Assembly: GCF_902652985.1 (NCBI RefSeq)
Contig: NC_047025.1
Span: 15,066,001 to 15,130,000, forward strand
Source: Pecten maximus
Taxonomy: Eukaryota
Length of the DNA: 64,000 bases
Direction: 5' to 3'
Shown here: piece by piece, positions 22,690 through 34,780 of the stretch
Layout of the letters: every line of letters begins with the position of its first letter
Position numbering within the stretch: position 1 is the first letter of the stretch
The notes under the pieces: generated by a model
Told to the model about the DNA's origin: nothing
Seen by the model: only the letters and a program-made list of their open reading frames with translations
Database searches by the model: none
Position numbers and translations under genes: made by a program

Positions 22690-23945
22690 GCGAAGATTGT
22701 GGGAAAAACTCCCACTACGTCAGAAATCAAACATTACAATTTATCAAAGAGGAAAGTTAAAAAGGAAATAACCAAATCAAAACATTTGAAAAGCAGCATG
22801 CTGATAACATAAAAATAAATCAAAACATTTGAAAAGGAGCATGCTGATAACATAAAAATAAACAGTAAATTCTTCTGGAAACATGTCCTGTCAAAAACTT
22901 AGCCCAAAGAGAATATAAAAAAAATAAATATAGAACAAATCCCTGGATTTAGATAGAACACAAATCAAGAATCAAGATCAAGATCAATGTTGTAAACACT
23001 TGAAATCTAACAAACCTGTGGCCCACTAATTATATTGAAATCTACTGCAGATCTCGCTGCGGAACCTCTTAAAACTATTTCGAAAAACCTATGGATAAGG
23101 GATTCGTCGCACAAGACGGAAAAATTGCAGATGAGACGGCTATACATAAAATGCCAGAAAACTACAGGATAGTAAAAGATGAATTTTTGGAAAAATGGAA
23201 CGAAACAACATGTTCACTGTTTGCCAAGTTGGATTTCGTAAAGACCACTCTTGTGTCGCACAACTAATTAGCGCATTAGAAAACTGGATGGAGTATCTAG
23301 ATAATAAACACAGTATTGCCAAAGAATACTAAAAACATTAGCAGAATATGGAATTATACGCTGGATAGAAAAATAATTCTTACAAACAGGAAATAAAGGG
23401 TAACCATTTACGGCGAATAATCTTATTACATTGGTGTCAGAAACGGGATCTCCATATGGGGTGTTTTTGGGCTAACAATCTTTTCAATCTATATCAATGA
23501 CCTACCCGATGTCGTCAGAAATACAAATATTTGCCGACGACACTCAAATCCCAGTACTGGACTCCCTTGATGACCAAAATGCTTTACGACAATATATTGA
23601 TAGTCTCTACATAAGGTCAAACGACTGGCAACTTAATCCCAACTATACCAAATGTAAACACCTGCATCTAGGCAGCCCTGACCCAGGAGCCTACAAGTTG
23701 ATGATGACAACTATTTGGGAGTTATCGTCGTCAACCAGCTAAAATTCAATAAACTGTGGAGAATTCGGGTATAAAGGCTGATCGTGCTTAAGACGTAATA
23801 AGGAGATTCATTGGACACAACTATGTTTACAATTCTGTACAAAACTCTGGTTCGACCCCATCTGGAATACGTAACAACATAATTAAAAATAACAACAAAG
23901 AATAGTGCTGCTCTAGAAAAAGTTCAAAGGAGAACAAGTAAACAA
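22690..23945 (+). mobile_element. Degraded CR1-group LINE ORF2 fragment
   Basis: Remnant peptides FWKHV, QVGFRKDHSCVAQL, IFADDTQI, LYKTLVRPHLEY. Confidence 0.8.
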
Positions 23946-24613
23946 ATAGGTAGGTATGCTGCTAACATCCACCTAAACGCCCAGAAATAGTTGCCGGAAA
24001 TAGACCGCGGAAAGAAATTTGTGATCAAAATTTGGCACAAATTGCAACCAAGGTCGAGGTTACCGAGTTCCACATTCACGATAAACTTTAACCTGACGGA
24101 GAAGATAGTGGATGGACTTGTAGGATTGCATTCAAATATCCTCAGAACTGGACGCCACGATGTCTAGTTCACCACTGCATTAGGATATATACAGTAACGT
24201 TATGTCTGGAAAGATCCTACAAACGTCAGACTCCGGATGGTTCCGCTTCACATGCGAATAAATCGTCCAGGAATAAAACACCGTAACCTGTGGTTTGGTT
24301 TAACGTCCTATTAACAACCAGGTCCATTTATAAGGACGTGCCAGATTTTGAGAGGTGAAGGAAACCCGGAGTACCGTAACTATTTGAAAATCAAGGACAT
24401 GTGTCAAGATATTATGAGGAGTTATAAGAACAGGATTCTGAAATTAGAAGAGACCACAAAAACTAAATGCGACAAATATAATGTTCACAAGATAAAGCAA
24501 GGGAAGAATGGCTCGGTACAGGAACACTTTAGCACAAAGGAATTGCCGAAGTAAGCAACACGGAAAGCCATGCCACAGTCACCTCAAGTTTCCACGAACG
24601 TTATTTCGGAGAT

Positions 24614-25208
24614 TATGGGGCGCCGTTTTACAATTTATTCCCATTTGGTGATATCATCTATTCAATCAGTGGTGATATCACCACCAATTCGCTTTTCAAA
24701 TAAGTGATATCACCTATTCGAATAGGTGATATCACTCATTCGAATAGGTGATATCACTCATTCGAATAAGTGATATCACCAATGGAATAGGTGATATCAC
24801 TTCAAAATATTCTTCAGTAATATCACCTATTCGAATGAGTGATATCACCTATTCGAATGAGTGATATCACCAATTCATTGTTAAAGTGATATTACCTATT
24901 CGTTTCTTTAAGTGACATCACCTATTCGAATGAGTGATATCACCTATTCGAATCGGTGATATCACCTAATACAATCAGTGATATCACCAATTCATTTTTC
25001 AAGTGATATTACCTATTCGTTTCTTTAAGTGATATCACCTATTCCAATGAGTGATATCACCTATTCGAATGAATTATATCACTTAATGAAACGAATAGGT
25101 GATATCACTTATTCGAATAGGTGATATCACTCATTCGAATAGGTGATATCACCTATTTGAATAGGTGATATCACCAAATGGGAATAAATAGTAAAACGGC
25201 GCCCCATA
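24614..25208. mobile_element. MITE with 43-bp TIRs and an internal array of 22-bp palindromic repeats
   Basis: TATGGGGCGCCGTTTTAC(A/T)ATTTATTCCCATTTGGTGATATCA inverted at both ends (1 mismatch); internal unit GTGATATCAC+CTATTCGAATAG. Confidence 0.88.
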
Positions 25209-26107
25209 GGAAATAATGACAGAATTAGGAGACAGTAACATTACAATATACAGAACCTAGGAGATAAATCTAATGATACGATACCAGGATTGTTAATAGA
25301 ATACTAATAACATCCAATGGCAGTTAAGGAGAAAGGATCTAGTCCTAATCAAGATGATAAGATAATGAAAATGTTACAAGGTGAAGGAGCAAGCAGCAAA
25401 AATAGGAAGGCCTTTGTTTGTATACATGGGCAGCACTAATGTAAACAAATGTCAAAGTATAAATAATCAGGTGAAGATGACAATTTAAAAGGTGTGAAAA
25501 TTAGCAATGCTCTAACGAAGGTGGAAACGGAACGACAAAAGCATCTGTAGGGGCAGGCGAAACAAATGAACAACAAAAAGTCTTTTGAGGACTTGACTTA
25601 CGAAGTCCAGGGCTCACCAGGTTCAGAAAAATAATAAAACACACACAGCAGAAAATTAACAAGTAGGGGCGAATCAAATAAAACAGTTTTAAACTTGCAA
25701 GATTAGTTCCGATAAAATATAACTATAGAGCGACACAATAAGGATGGCTTCCCAGTGGACCAGGCTACATTAGATACTGTCAGAAGGAAAGAGTCCTTGT
25801 CAAGAAAAGCAGTAGTAATATACATCCAACGAAAATTTGTTTGTTAGGATCCAGTTCCGATATTGGATTATACCGTCGTTATTACTTATTGGATAATATA
25901 TATATATATGCAATCCAATAAATTTTCCTTAATTATTGAAAGACAACAATGACGTTATTTTCTTTTTATTCATATATTCACACATAAGTTATTACAGGTT
26001 TCGTGTACGTGTTGGCTAAATATAGGATCATGAGACCGTTAGAGATCCTTGTTATGAATGAACGATTCAAAAACACGATAATGCAATATCTATACAAAAC
26101 GAAAGTA

Positions 26108-26117
26108 GGAAAATCCC
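26108..26117 (-). promoter_or_regulatory. Candidate NF-kB site GGGATTTTCC upstream of cGLR copy 3
   Basis: Paralogous to 14815-14824. Confidence 0.3.
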
Positions 26118-28462
26118 ACATTGGTTTATTGTTCGGGTGTATAGCAACGACTGTCAACAGAAAGACCAATTGAGAGTTATTGTGTAGAGAAACAGGGTCT
26201 ACTCTAGTCTGTGTTTGATACAGAAGGATTAAAACGTAAAACAGACTAGTTCTAATACTAGACAGTGGTCAATGACAATGGTTATGAGACTATCACTCGA
26301 TACGGACAACAGGACAAACTAAACAAGGGTATTGATACTGTAGGAGACTACTGCTAGCGGCCATACAAGATATCCCATTGTAAATATTGTGACTGAAACT
26401 TGATTTATGAAAATACTGCTACGGAGTCAAGACGTGAACATGAGCAAAATATGAAATGTTCCTAATATATATATGGAATTGCACAACAAACGTCATCCAC
26501 AGTGATTGACAGTTCACTATTGTGTGAAATATGACATCTCCTGAAAAAACATGGGCGATAAACAACTTTGCCGGTACAACGAACTTTCCAAGTTTCCATT
26601 CGACCACATCTACTGTGATGGAGAGTTAAATACTGTATAACTGGATCCTCAACTGTGAAATACGATCTTCCTGTGAGTACAAACCAGTAAACCCGCTTGG
26701 GAATGTATACCGTAGATATCTAAATGTAAAAGAGCTACATTTATAACAGTACTCTGGGTATAAGAATAGTAAGGATTACATGTACATCCTGGTTATTTAT
26801 TAGAAAGGCGTTTTGCTGCTTTCAGTTACTTTCATGTCCCTTTAAAAAGCAATGCTTTATTTTAAATGTAGTTCAGTTTCGCTAGATATAGCAGTAATAC
26901 AGGATCCCGGTTAAATTACGTTAAGCTCACATGTAGAATATATTTTTTCATCATGAAATATTATAACTTATCATCGCATTTTGAAATGATAAGATGAGAA
27001 GCTGTAATAACTGACAATATAAACCAGATTATAATCACCTTCTCCGTCAGTCCATCCGTCCGTCAGCACTTTTATTTCCGTGCAATAAATTGAGTTTCCT
27101 TGGGCCTATCGACCTCAAACTTGATACAGTGTTTAGAATTGCTTTTCTATGTCAAACGTCAAAGGTCAAAGTCACTGCTGCAAAATATAGAAAATCAGTT
27201 TCCATGCAAAAACTTCAGTTTTCTTTTTCCAGTCAACGCAATGCTCTTTTCTTTAAATGATTGCTTGCAATTGCTTTTCAAATTTGAATGTTGAAGATCA
27301 AACATACTTTAGATTGAAATCAAGCATTCACGGGTATTCGTTCCATATTCTACTGACAAAAATGGATTGGTTATAATGTGTTTCGTTGGCTTTTATGGCA
27401 GTGTGTACTTAAGTTAACAAATAACCTGTCAGTCTAACCGGCCATCCAGACTTTCAACTTAAAGGTTTTTCGTGCTGTTCTTAAGGTGGAAAAAGTGACA
27501 AAAGGACGGAAAAACTGAATTGATATACAATGGTGACAAAATATAGAAAACATACTCTTTACATTAAGCTGATGTCATATAAATTTGAAATAGTGTAAAA
27601 ATTGTGGAAATAATCATATAGATTTTGTACGAATGTCCTCTAATTAAGCGATGGCGACCAACCAATGCATAAAAAAGGCTCATTTTTGTGTACATCAAAA
27701 TTAACATTCGTCTGGTAAAGTAATAAAAATTAACTTTCACTTGTTCACTTTGAACAGGCGAATACAACTACCTCCTCGCCTTAGACCCTCATGGCGAGTG
27801 ACCTTTAGTAATTGTAGTCATTCTGTCCTTCAATCTAGCGTAGTACGTTTGTATTTGGAAATTATCTCCGAACTTCTATGTTTTAGAACAGGGGTTTAAA
27901 ATGTCCAAATGTCAAGGTCAACGTCGTTGTTACTAAAAAATATAACAGGGAGTATACTGTCAAAATAATTATTTCAGGTCCATGTCAGTAATCTAACTGT
28001 GACATAGTTTCTAAGAAAAGTTTTTGACAAAATTCTTTTTCCCGTTGTATTTTTTTTTGTCAAAATACTTCATCTAAGGGCCTTGTCAAGTAATCTAGCT
28101 GTAACATAGTTTCCAAGAACAGCTTTTGACAAATTCCATTTTAACTGGGTTTTTTGTTGTTGTTGTTGTTGTTGTTGTTGGTTTTTTATAAAATGTTCCC
28201 ACCTCAGGTAAGTTTCTTTTTTTGGTAACAATGGTATTATTGGTTCAGGAAATAATGATAGGTATGTACAGGGAGTAGGGGGTATATACTTAGCAATCAA
28301 TGAGTCTAACGTCATATAGAAATATAGCATATATACATAATGTTTCATAATTATATATCTTCTTGTGATGATCATTTATTTTGCGATGTGCAACGTATTC
28401 CATACTAATGAGATGTACATGCTATTCCGTACTGGTGTGATGTACCTGATATTCTGTACATG

Positions 28463-30957
28463 TGTCACAGCCAAATGAATAATAAGATGACATTCACTCC
28501 TGCTGATAGTTCTTTTTATTTCCTCGACATGGACGAGACAACAAGAATAAGAAAAACCTCTGAAATATACAGTAAACTGGCCTAAGTATACAATGACAAT
28601 TATAACAAGTATTTACTGTTCCTGCCATGAATAAGAAGTAACGACTATTATAATTCTATTCTACACATAGTATAGATAATAACTGCCTACACCAACTGGT
28701 TATAGTTGTGTCTAAATGTCGTCTATATGTTGTTATATATATGTAAAATATATAGTTTAGGTGACCATGAAATGTCTTAGTTCCGGATAATGTCAACCAG
28801 TTGTTTATATTTTGGTTCGAATATTAGATTGCTTTGTTGTTTTCCGGAATATAAAGCGTTGCCGCCACGAAGCGAGAATGATGGTGTTGTGTTGTCATTT
28901 CTCTGGGTAATTCCCCCAACGTATCCCTCGATTGTAACATGGTGGAGAATCCAAACTCAAGGAAACCTCAACTGCCAAGCAAGTGCCTCATCGTTTTATT
29001 TTGATTTTATCGTCGAATTGGAATGTGAACTTATTATTTGCGTAAGCACGTGTGTGGCAGGCAGCCGCTGTGACCGTTTGATGTGTGTTATGCCTATGAT
29101 GTGACTGTATTGCCGTTTCATCTGTCTTTGTGATTGACACGATTTATACCATTGAGATGCTACCAAATCAGATAGTACGAATATTACAAACCTATGACTT
29201 GAGGTTCGATTCCTTACCGTTTAAATACGAGCTCAGGACGACCAGCATCATTTATCACTTAGTATTGAGTGGGATTAGACAGTTCATGGTGATTCCTGTT
29301 GTATTACCAAGGTTAAACCGAAATCAAAGTCGCCGTCACAGATCAGGCACGGTAAGCGACGAACCAAGGCATGGAAAAGGCGGAAAGGGATTAAGAGTCA
29401 TGATCAGGTGGTTATTCCAAAGAGTACAGACGACTCTGGTGTTTCTGTTGAACAGCCAGTTTTACATAGTGTTAGTGTGATGACACAGTGTGACCCTAAC
29501 CCTGTTAAGCCTATCAGCATTGAGCCTAAGCCTGAGGTTATTGCTACATCATGTGTGAAGTCGCCTTCGAGTCATCCAAAGACAGCGCTATTGAATATTG
29601 GTAAACCCGTTTGTGAAGGAAAGTTAATTGCTCAACCAACAGGTCAACCTTTCAATAATGTGCACCAGATCAACCCTCCAAAAACTATCACAGCTGGATT
29701 CGTTCGTGAGGAGAAAGCCAATTCTCTACCGACAAGTCCGTGTGATGATGACTTTGGGTGGGACACAAACCCATTTGCTCAACAAATGTCGAGAAAGAGG
29801 AACTTGACATCTTCGCAAGTCAATCATGTGACCACTGTTTCGAAACCGTCCAATTTTGACAGTATTGTGAAAAAGTCTGATGATGGGACATGCTCGATCA
29901 ACTCCAAAGACCTACTAGCATTTCTGATAAATAAGTGATTTTATAATTTGACAATATCTCGTTACTGAAGTGATTTAAGTCGGTGTTGTAGACTGTTTAT
30001 AGATGATACGTTATGCATTGTCGAGTAATATTGATAATATTATCCAATGGGAACCCTATAAACAGTGTATATATACGTATTATACAGTTTAGTTTCAGCA
30101 TACATGTATATATTACAGATTATTGTGTTTTGTGGTGCTGCAAGTGTGTCTTAATTAATCTAGTGAGATTATGATGTTTCAGTTTTATATATTATGTTAT
30201 GATGATGAGTGAGTAACATTTCTATTTGGCATATGGACTTTGTGGAATGACTGAAATTTCAAATGTTGATCTATCATAATCAGATCATTGATTTATAAAT
30301 AATAACTACATGTATGTACTTTGGGTTTCTAATTCATTTCATGGTTCTTCAAAAAATTTCCCTAGGGTAAAATTTTTGTTTTGGGGGGGGGGGGGGGGGG
30401 GGGGCATGTTATATATATGTAAAATATATATTTTAGGTGACCATGAAATGTCTTAGTTCCGGATAATGTCAGCCAGTTGTTTATATTTTGGTTCGAATAT
30501 TAGTTTGCTTTGTTGTTTTCTGGAATATAAAGAGTTGCCGCCACGAAGCGAGAATGATGGTGTTGTGTTGTCATTTCTCTGGGTAATTCCCCCAACGTAT
30601 CCCTCGATTGTAACAATGTTCCCGAGCAAAGGACCCCAGAGGATACGTCCTCGATGCTCAATACCAGCGACTGCGCTGTACCACGAAAGTATTAGGGTTT
30701 TGTTAACATACACACACACGTTTGAACGACATTCTCACATGCCCCACCTGGACACATAACACTGCCAAATATAGACACACACAGACATTACCGACAGGTG
30801 GTAACATACCTTATATGGGATTACACATCAACGTACGAACAGTAACGAATACTAAACAGACACGACACTGACAGTAAACTTTGGAGCACGTGCACATGTA
30901 CTTAGACATACGGATACAAGATAACTAATTAAATAATAGGTTACCTAATACATGTAT

Positions 30958-31006
<49 letters not shown>

Positions 31007-31021
31007 TGCATCCCTGTGACA
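28463..31021. mobile_element. Probable solo LTR (~670 bp after removing the nested insert) with TGTCACAG...CTGTGACA termini
   Basis: 8-bp inverted termini (TG...CA), imperfect flanks CATG/CATA, absent from paralogous unit A; contains (AC)n at 30961-31000. Confidence 0.65.
28731..30615 (+). mobile_element. Non-autonomous LTR retrotransposon (TRIM-like, Gypsy-type features)
   Basis: 209-bp LTRs 28731-28939 and 30407-30615 (TGTTA...TAACA, 5 mismatches by eye), 4-bp TSD ATGT, PBS TGGTGGAGAAT after the 5' LTR, poly-G PPT before the 3' LTR; no RT/integrase motifs inside. Confidence 0.92.
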
Positions 31022-31421
31022 CATATATGATTAAAATTATACTCTATAAGTGTATTATGTACATTATATTCCGTATGTGTATGATGAACATGAAATTCTG
31101 TACATGTATTATGTATATGATATTCTGTACATGTATGATGTACATGATATTCCGTATGTGTGACGTCCATGACATACCATCAGATTGATATGTACACAAT
31201 ATTTCATAGAACTTATCAAAATGTGTTGGAATGAATTATATTGACATAGGTTCGACATAACGAATATTAAATAATGTACTTTAGTGTTTGTTTTAAAGAT
31301 AATGATAAACATTTAAAAATAGAGATCAAGATTATATAGCTATCACCAAAAATAATTATTTACTCTTCGTATTGATATTGTTATTTCTATTTTGTAATAG
31401 GGCTTTTGACATATCACTGAG

Positions 31422-33443
31422 ATGTCCGACCAAGGAGAGCTGTACGAGGATTCCTGGATTCTATATCATGTCCTGGACATGATGGTGGGGAGCCGAGAAA
31501 TGGTGGCCGTCAGGAGGAAGCTGACACTTGTACGTGAGCAAATCACAAACTCTGATAAAACAAAACTAGAAATTATTTTCACAGGAAGCTCAGCGGAAGG
31601 GATTCATATGAAGGACTCGGACGAAGATCAAATGCTAATTGACAACTCTGTGGTAGTTATATGTCCTAACCAGCAAACCAGTATCACACCAGATATTGAA
31701 CATAAAACGGTATTTATTATGGGAGATACCAACAGCCGACCTGGCTATGTAACTTTGCAGCTGATTGGACGAAGATGCACTCCAGACTTGTTGAATTCGA
31801 TTGTACCTGTTGGAAATGTAAGCTTTGTATCAAGTGAAATGTATGCACGGCAGTTATCAGATCAATTAAGTGATGTATTTAGGATTACCGTTGACCCTCA
31901 TGGACCAGCTACTGCTACGCCGAGCAAACTAACTCATTTACAATCAGATATGGATTTTGTGCGTGCGCTCAAATGTACTAGTTGGCCAAGCGAGGCCAAC
32001 GAATGGTTGAGTAGACATCGATTGTATAACTGGCCGAATACATGTTTGAGGGATCAGATAGTACAAGGTGGTTGCCATCTTGTCCCTGTAGGAGATAAAA
32101 CGTCAGCCGACACATTCCTACAATGGAGAATTTCGTTCGCGACTGCGGAGCGCAAACTCATTCATTCTCTCAGTCATGTCCAGTTCCAAGTGTATTGTCT
32201 ACTTAAGTACCTTTTAAAACAGATATCTGGGAAGTTGAAACAAATATATGGGGATACAGATATTCTCTCATCATATATTATCAAAACAACTATACTCCAT
32301 GCAGTAGAAAACACACCTTTATCTTTATGGGAAGAAAAGAATACATTTCTTTGTTTCATGCTGTGTTTAGATATTTTGGCCACGTGGGTGAAATCAGGCT
32401 ATTGTCCTAATTACTTTATAAAAAGGAATAATATGTTCCTTGGTAAAGTTCATGGAGAACATCAACAAAACCTGCTTCGTTTACTTGTTGAACTCCGTGA
32501 TATGACATGGGGTTGTCTATCAATAGGAACATTCTTCCAACCATCTATAGGAGAGACTATCCAGAGAGTGAAGAATGGAGCCTGGGAACTAGCACTGCCT
32601 ACACCAGTAAGATCAGAAAGAGGAATTGATTTTACAATGTTTGAAAAGTCCTGCATTTTGTTTCGTGCAACTGATGTACTACCCGCTTTGAAACTTCTGA
32701 GCAAATCAAAGTCGGACATGGATGAATGCGTAGCTTACTTGAATACAGTAAGTGCACTCTCTTTAAAGGGGAGGGAGGCATATGAGAAACAAGCTCCTCT
32801 GGAAGGAAACAAACAGAGGTATAAATATCTTAGGAAATGCAAGAAGTTTATATCACCACTTGCTGTAACTTGTACAAGTCCAGGCCTACTGACATTGGCA
32901 ACCTATCACTACCAGACTGGGAATTACATGAAAACACTGGAAATGTGTGGACACCTTATTTCCTCGTGGAAATTTTTCATTGGGAATAATAGTGAGAAAG
33001 AAGGAGATAGATACGAACATCTCTACTGTGGGCGTGGGTATAGTCTTCTACACAAATTTCAGCAAGCATGGGCATCATACATGTTTTTACAACGAAAATC
33101 TCCAAATTTCTGTCCAGTCCATTTACAACAAGAGTTAACGAAAGTCCCTTATGCTAGCCTGCTAATCCCACCACTCCCTTACGCCGTGTTCCTGACCTTC
33201 CTGTGTTACCATGAGCTTAACGATACAAGAAGGCGTGACGCAGCACTGAAAGACCTTCGGGCCGTGAAGTATGATAAGGACCAGGGAGGAAGTAAACATT
33301 GGATTGTCCACAATCTCTTAGGGATCTGTTACGAAATGGTCGGTGACATACACAGGGCTCTAAGGGAATACAATGATTCTCTGGGTGATGACAAATATTT
33401 GCATTTTAATAATCCCGCCATGGAGAGGATAGAACGACTCTAA
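31422..33443 (+). CDS. Mab-21/cGAS-like receptor (cGLR) with TPR-like C-terminus, copy 3 (673 aa, single coding exon)
   Basis: GSSAEG..SDEDQ, HGPA, SDMDFV, WRISFATAERKL, SSYIIKT, CPNYFI..NNMF, terminal VHNLLGICYEMVGDIHRALREYNDSL. Confidence 0.92.
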   Translation: MSDQGELYEDSWILYHVLDMMVGSREMVAVRRKLTLVREQITNSDKTKLEIIFTGSSAEGIHMKDSDEDQMLIDNSVVVICPNQQTSITPDIEHKTVFIMGDTNSRPGYVTLQLIGRRCTPDLLNSIVPVGNVSFVSSEMYARQLSDQLSDVFRITVDPHGPATATPSKLTHLQSDMDFVRALKCTSWPSEANEWLSRHRLYNWPNTCLRDQIVQGGCHLVPVGDKTSADTFLQWRISFATAERKLIHSLSHVQFQVYCLLKYLLKQISGKLKQIYGDTDILSSYIIKTTILHAVENTPLSLWEEKNTFLCFMLCLDILATWVKSGYCPNYFIKRNNMFLGKVHGEHQQNLLRLLVELRDMTWGCLSIGTFFQPSIGETIQRVKNGAWELALPTPVRSERGIDFTMFEKSCILFRATDVLPALKLLSKSKSDMDECVAYLNTVSALSLKGREAYEKQAPLEGNKQRYKYLRKCKKFISPLAVTCTSPGLLTLATYHYQTGNYMKTLEMCGHLISSWKFFIGNNSEKEGDRYEHLYCGRGYSLLHKFQQAWASYMFLQRKSPNFCPVHLQQELTKVPYASLLIPPLPYAVFLTFLCYHELNDTRRRDAALKDLRAVKYDKDQGGSKHWIVHNLLGICYEMVGDIHRALREYNDSLGDDKYLHFNNPAMERIERL

Positions 33444-33695
33444 TAATAACAATAACGGCAAAGAATTTATTTTCGATGCTATGTAAAGGATCAACATCAA
33501 TAGAAATGATTCCGTACTTGTTATATACAGGGTATTCTGTACGTGTGAAATGTACATATTCTATAAGAATGATATGTACACAATATTCCGTAAGAGCACA
33601 GGCGTCTGCTTCTGGTTGGTATTGTAAGAAGAGAGGGCTTATATTTCTTCTATGAATACTAACCAGACGTCTGTGGTAAGAGCGAGTTATCAAAA

Positions 33696-33815
33696 ATATA
33701 TATTGTATATATACTATATAGCCTCGTATTACTATATCAAATGGAGAAGCTCCATTTTATATAGTAATACGAGGTTATATAGTATATATATACAATATAT
33801 AATTTCTTATCCCAA
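33696..33815. mobile_element. Paralogous fold-back palindrome 3' of cGLR copy 3 (left arm shortened)
   Basis: Same arms and loop as 19950-20130, without the 40-bp duplication. Confidence 0.75.
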
Positions 33816-33922
33816 TTACTTGTGATCAAAAAGTATTTGAATGAATTACGTTGACAAAGTTTCGACAACACGAATATTATAAGGAAATTGATAAATGGGA
33901 TCTGTAGTGTATAGCCATCACC

Positions 33923-34780
33923 ATTCCTTGATTCTAGGTCATGTCCTGGATATGATGATACGGGGCCGGAAGATGGTAGCCATCAGGAGGAAGCCAATAC
34001 TTGTACATGTACATGAACAATTAAGAACACATATTTTTGTTTCATGATGCGTTTAAATATTTTGGCCACGTGGGTGAATGCGAAGCATTGCCCTAATTAC
34101 TTTATTAAATTGAACAATATGTTCCTTTGTGAAAGTTCATGGCGAAATCTACAAGAACTCCTTTGTTTACTTGTGGAGCTCCAGGATATGGCACGGGATT
34201 GTGTATCGATTGGAACAAGCTTCAAACAGTACTCTATAGAAAATGTCAGTATTGTTAGAAATCCACTGTATCTTTTCACTCAGAAAAAGAATATGATTTG
34301 AGAATATTCCCGGAGTCTATTTAATTTTAATTTTAGCGCCGATGTACTTCCAAAAGTGTATAATACCACTAATCTCGGAATGTACAAGTAGATGACTACT
34401 GACGCTGTCATCCCATCACTACCAGCCTGGGAATTATACATCAGAATTATGCGTATACATGCTCTCATCATGGACATTTCCGCTGGTGGTGCTCCTAGTG
34501 TAACGGTTCGAGACAGTTATGAACAGCTTTCCTGTGGGTCGGGTATACTCTTCTAAACAAATATCACAGGCATGTATAGCAAGTATTGACCGTTCTGTCT
34601 ATACCCGTTACAGCCGGAGCTAACAAACCCAACGGGAGGATTCATGTACTTGATCTCCCTCTGCTCTCCTATGATGTGTTCCTCACGTTCCTGTCTCACC
34701 ATGAACTTGTTGACACCAGACGACTTAATACAGCACTAATCCACCATCGGGACGTGAAATGTGACGAAATGCGGGGAGGG
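33923..34780 (+). pseudogene. Degenerate cGLR relic lacking the NTase core (paralogue of 20233-21062)
   Basis: ORF 34044 LNILATWVNAKHCPNYFIKLNNMFL and ORF 34586 LSYDVFLTFLSHHELVDTRR match the cGLR; same deletion junction. Confidence 0.85.

Noticed and set aside
24640-25180. CRISPR-like appearance of palindromic repeats
   Set aside because: No unique spacers or cas genes, eukaryotic context, and the array is enclosed by TIRs.
23950-25860. A-rich decayed ORF-like sequence around the MITE (possible LINE ORF1)
   Set aside because: No motif I can identify with confidence.
53-33443. Bacterial CBASS/CD-NTase operon interpretation
   Set aside because: Spliceosomal introns, SINEs and LINEs, no operonic effectors; motifs are metazoan Mab-21 type.
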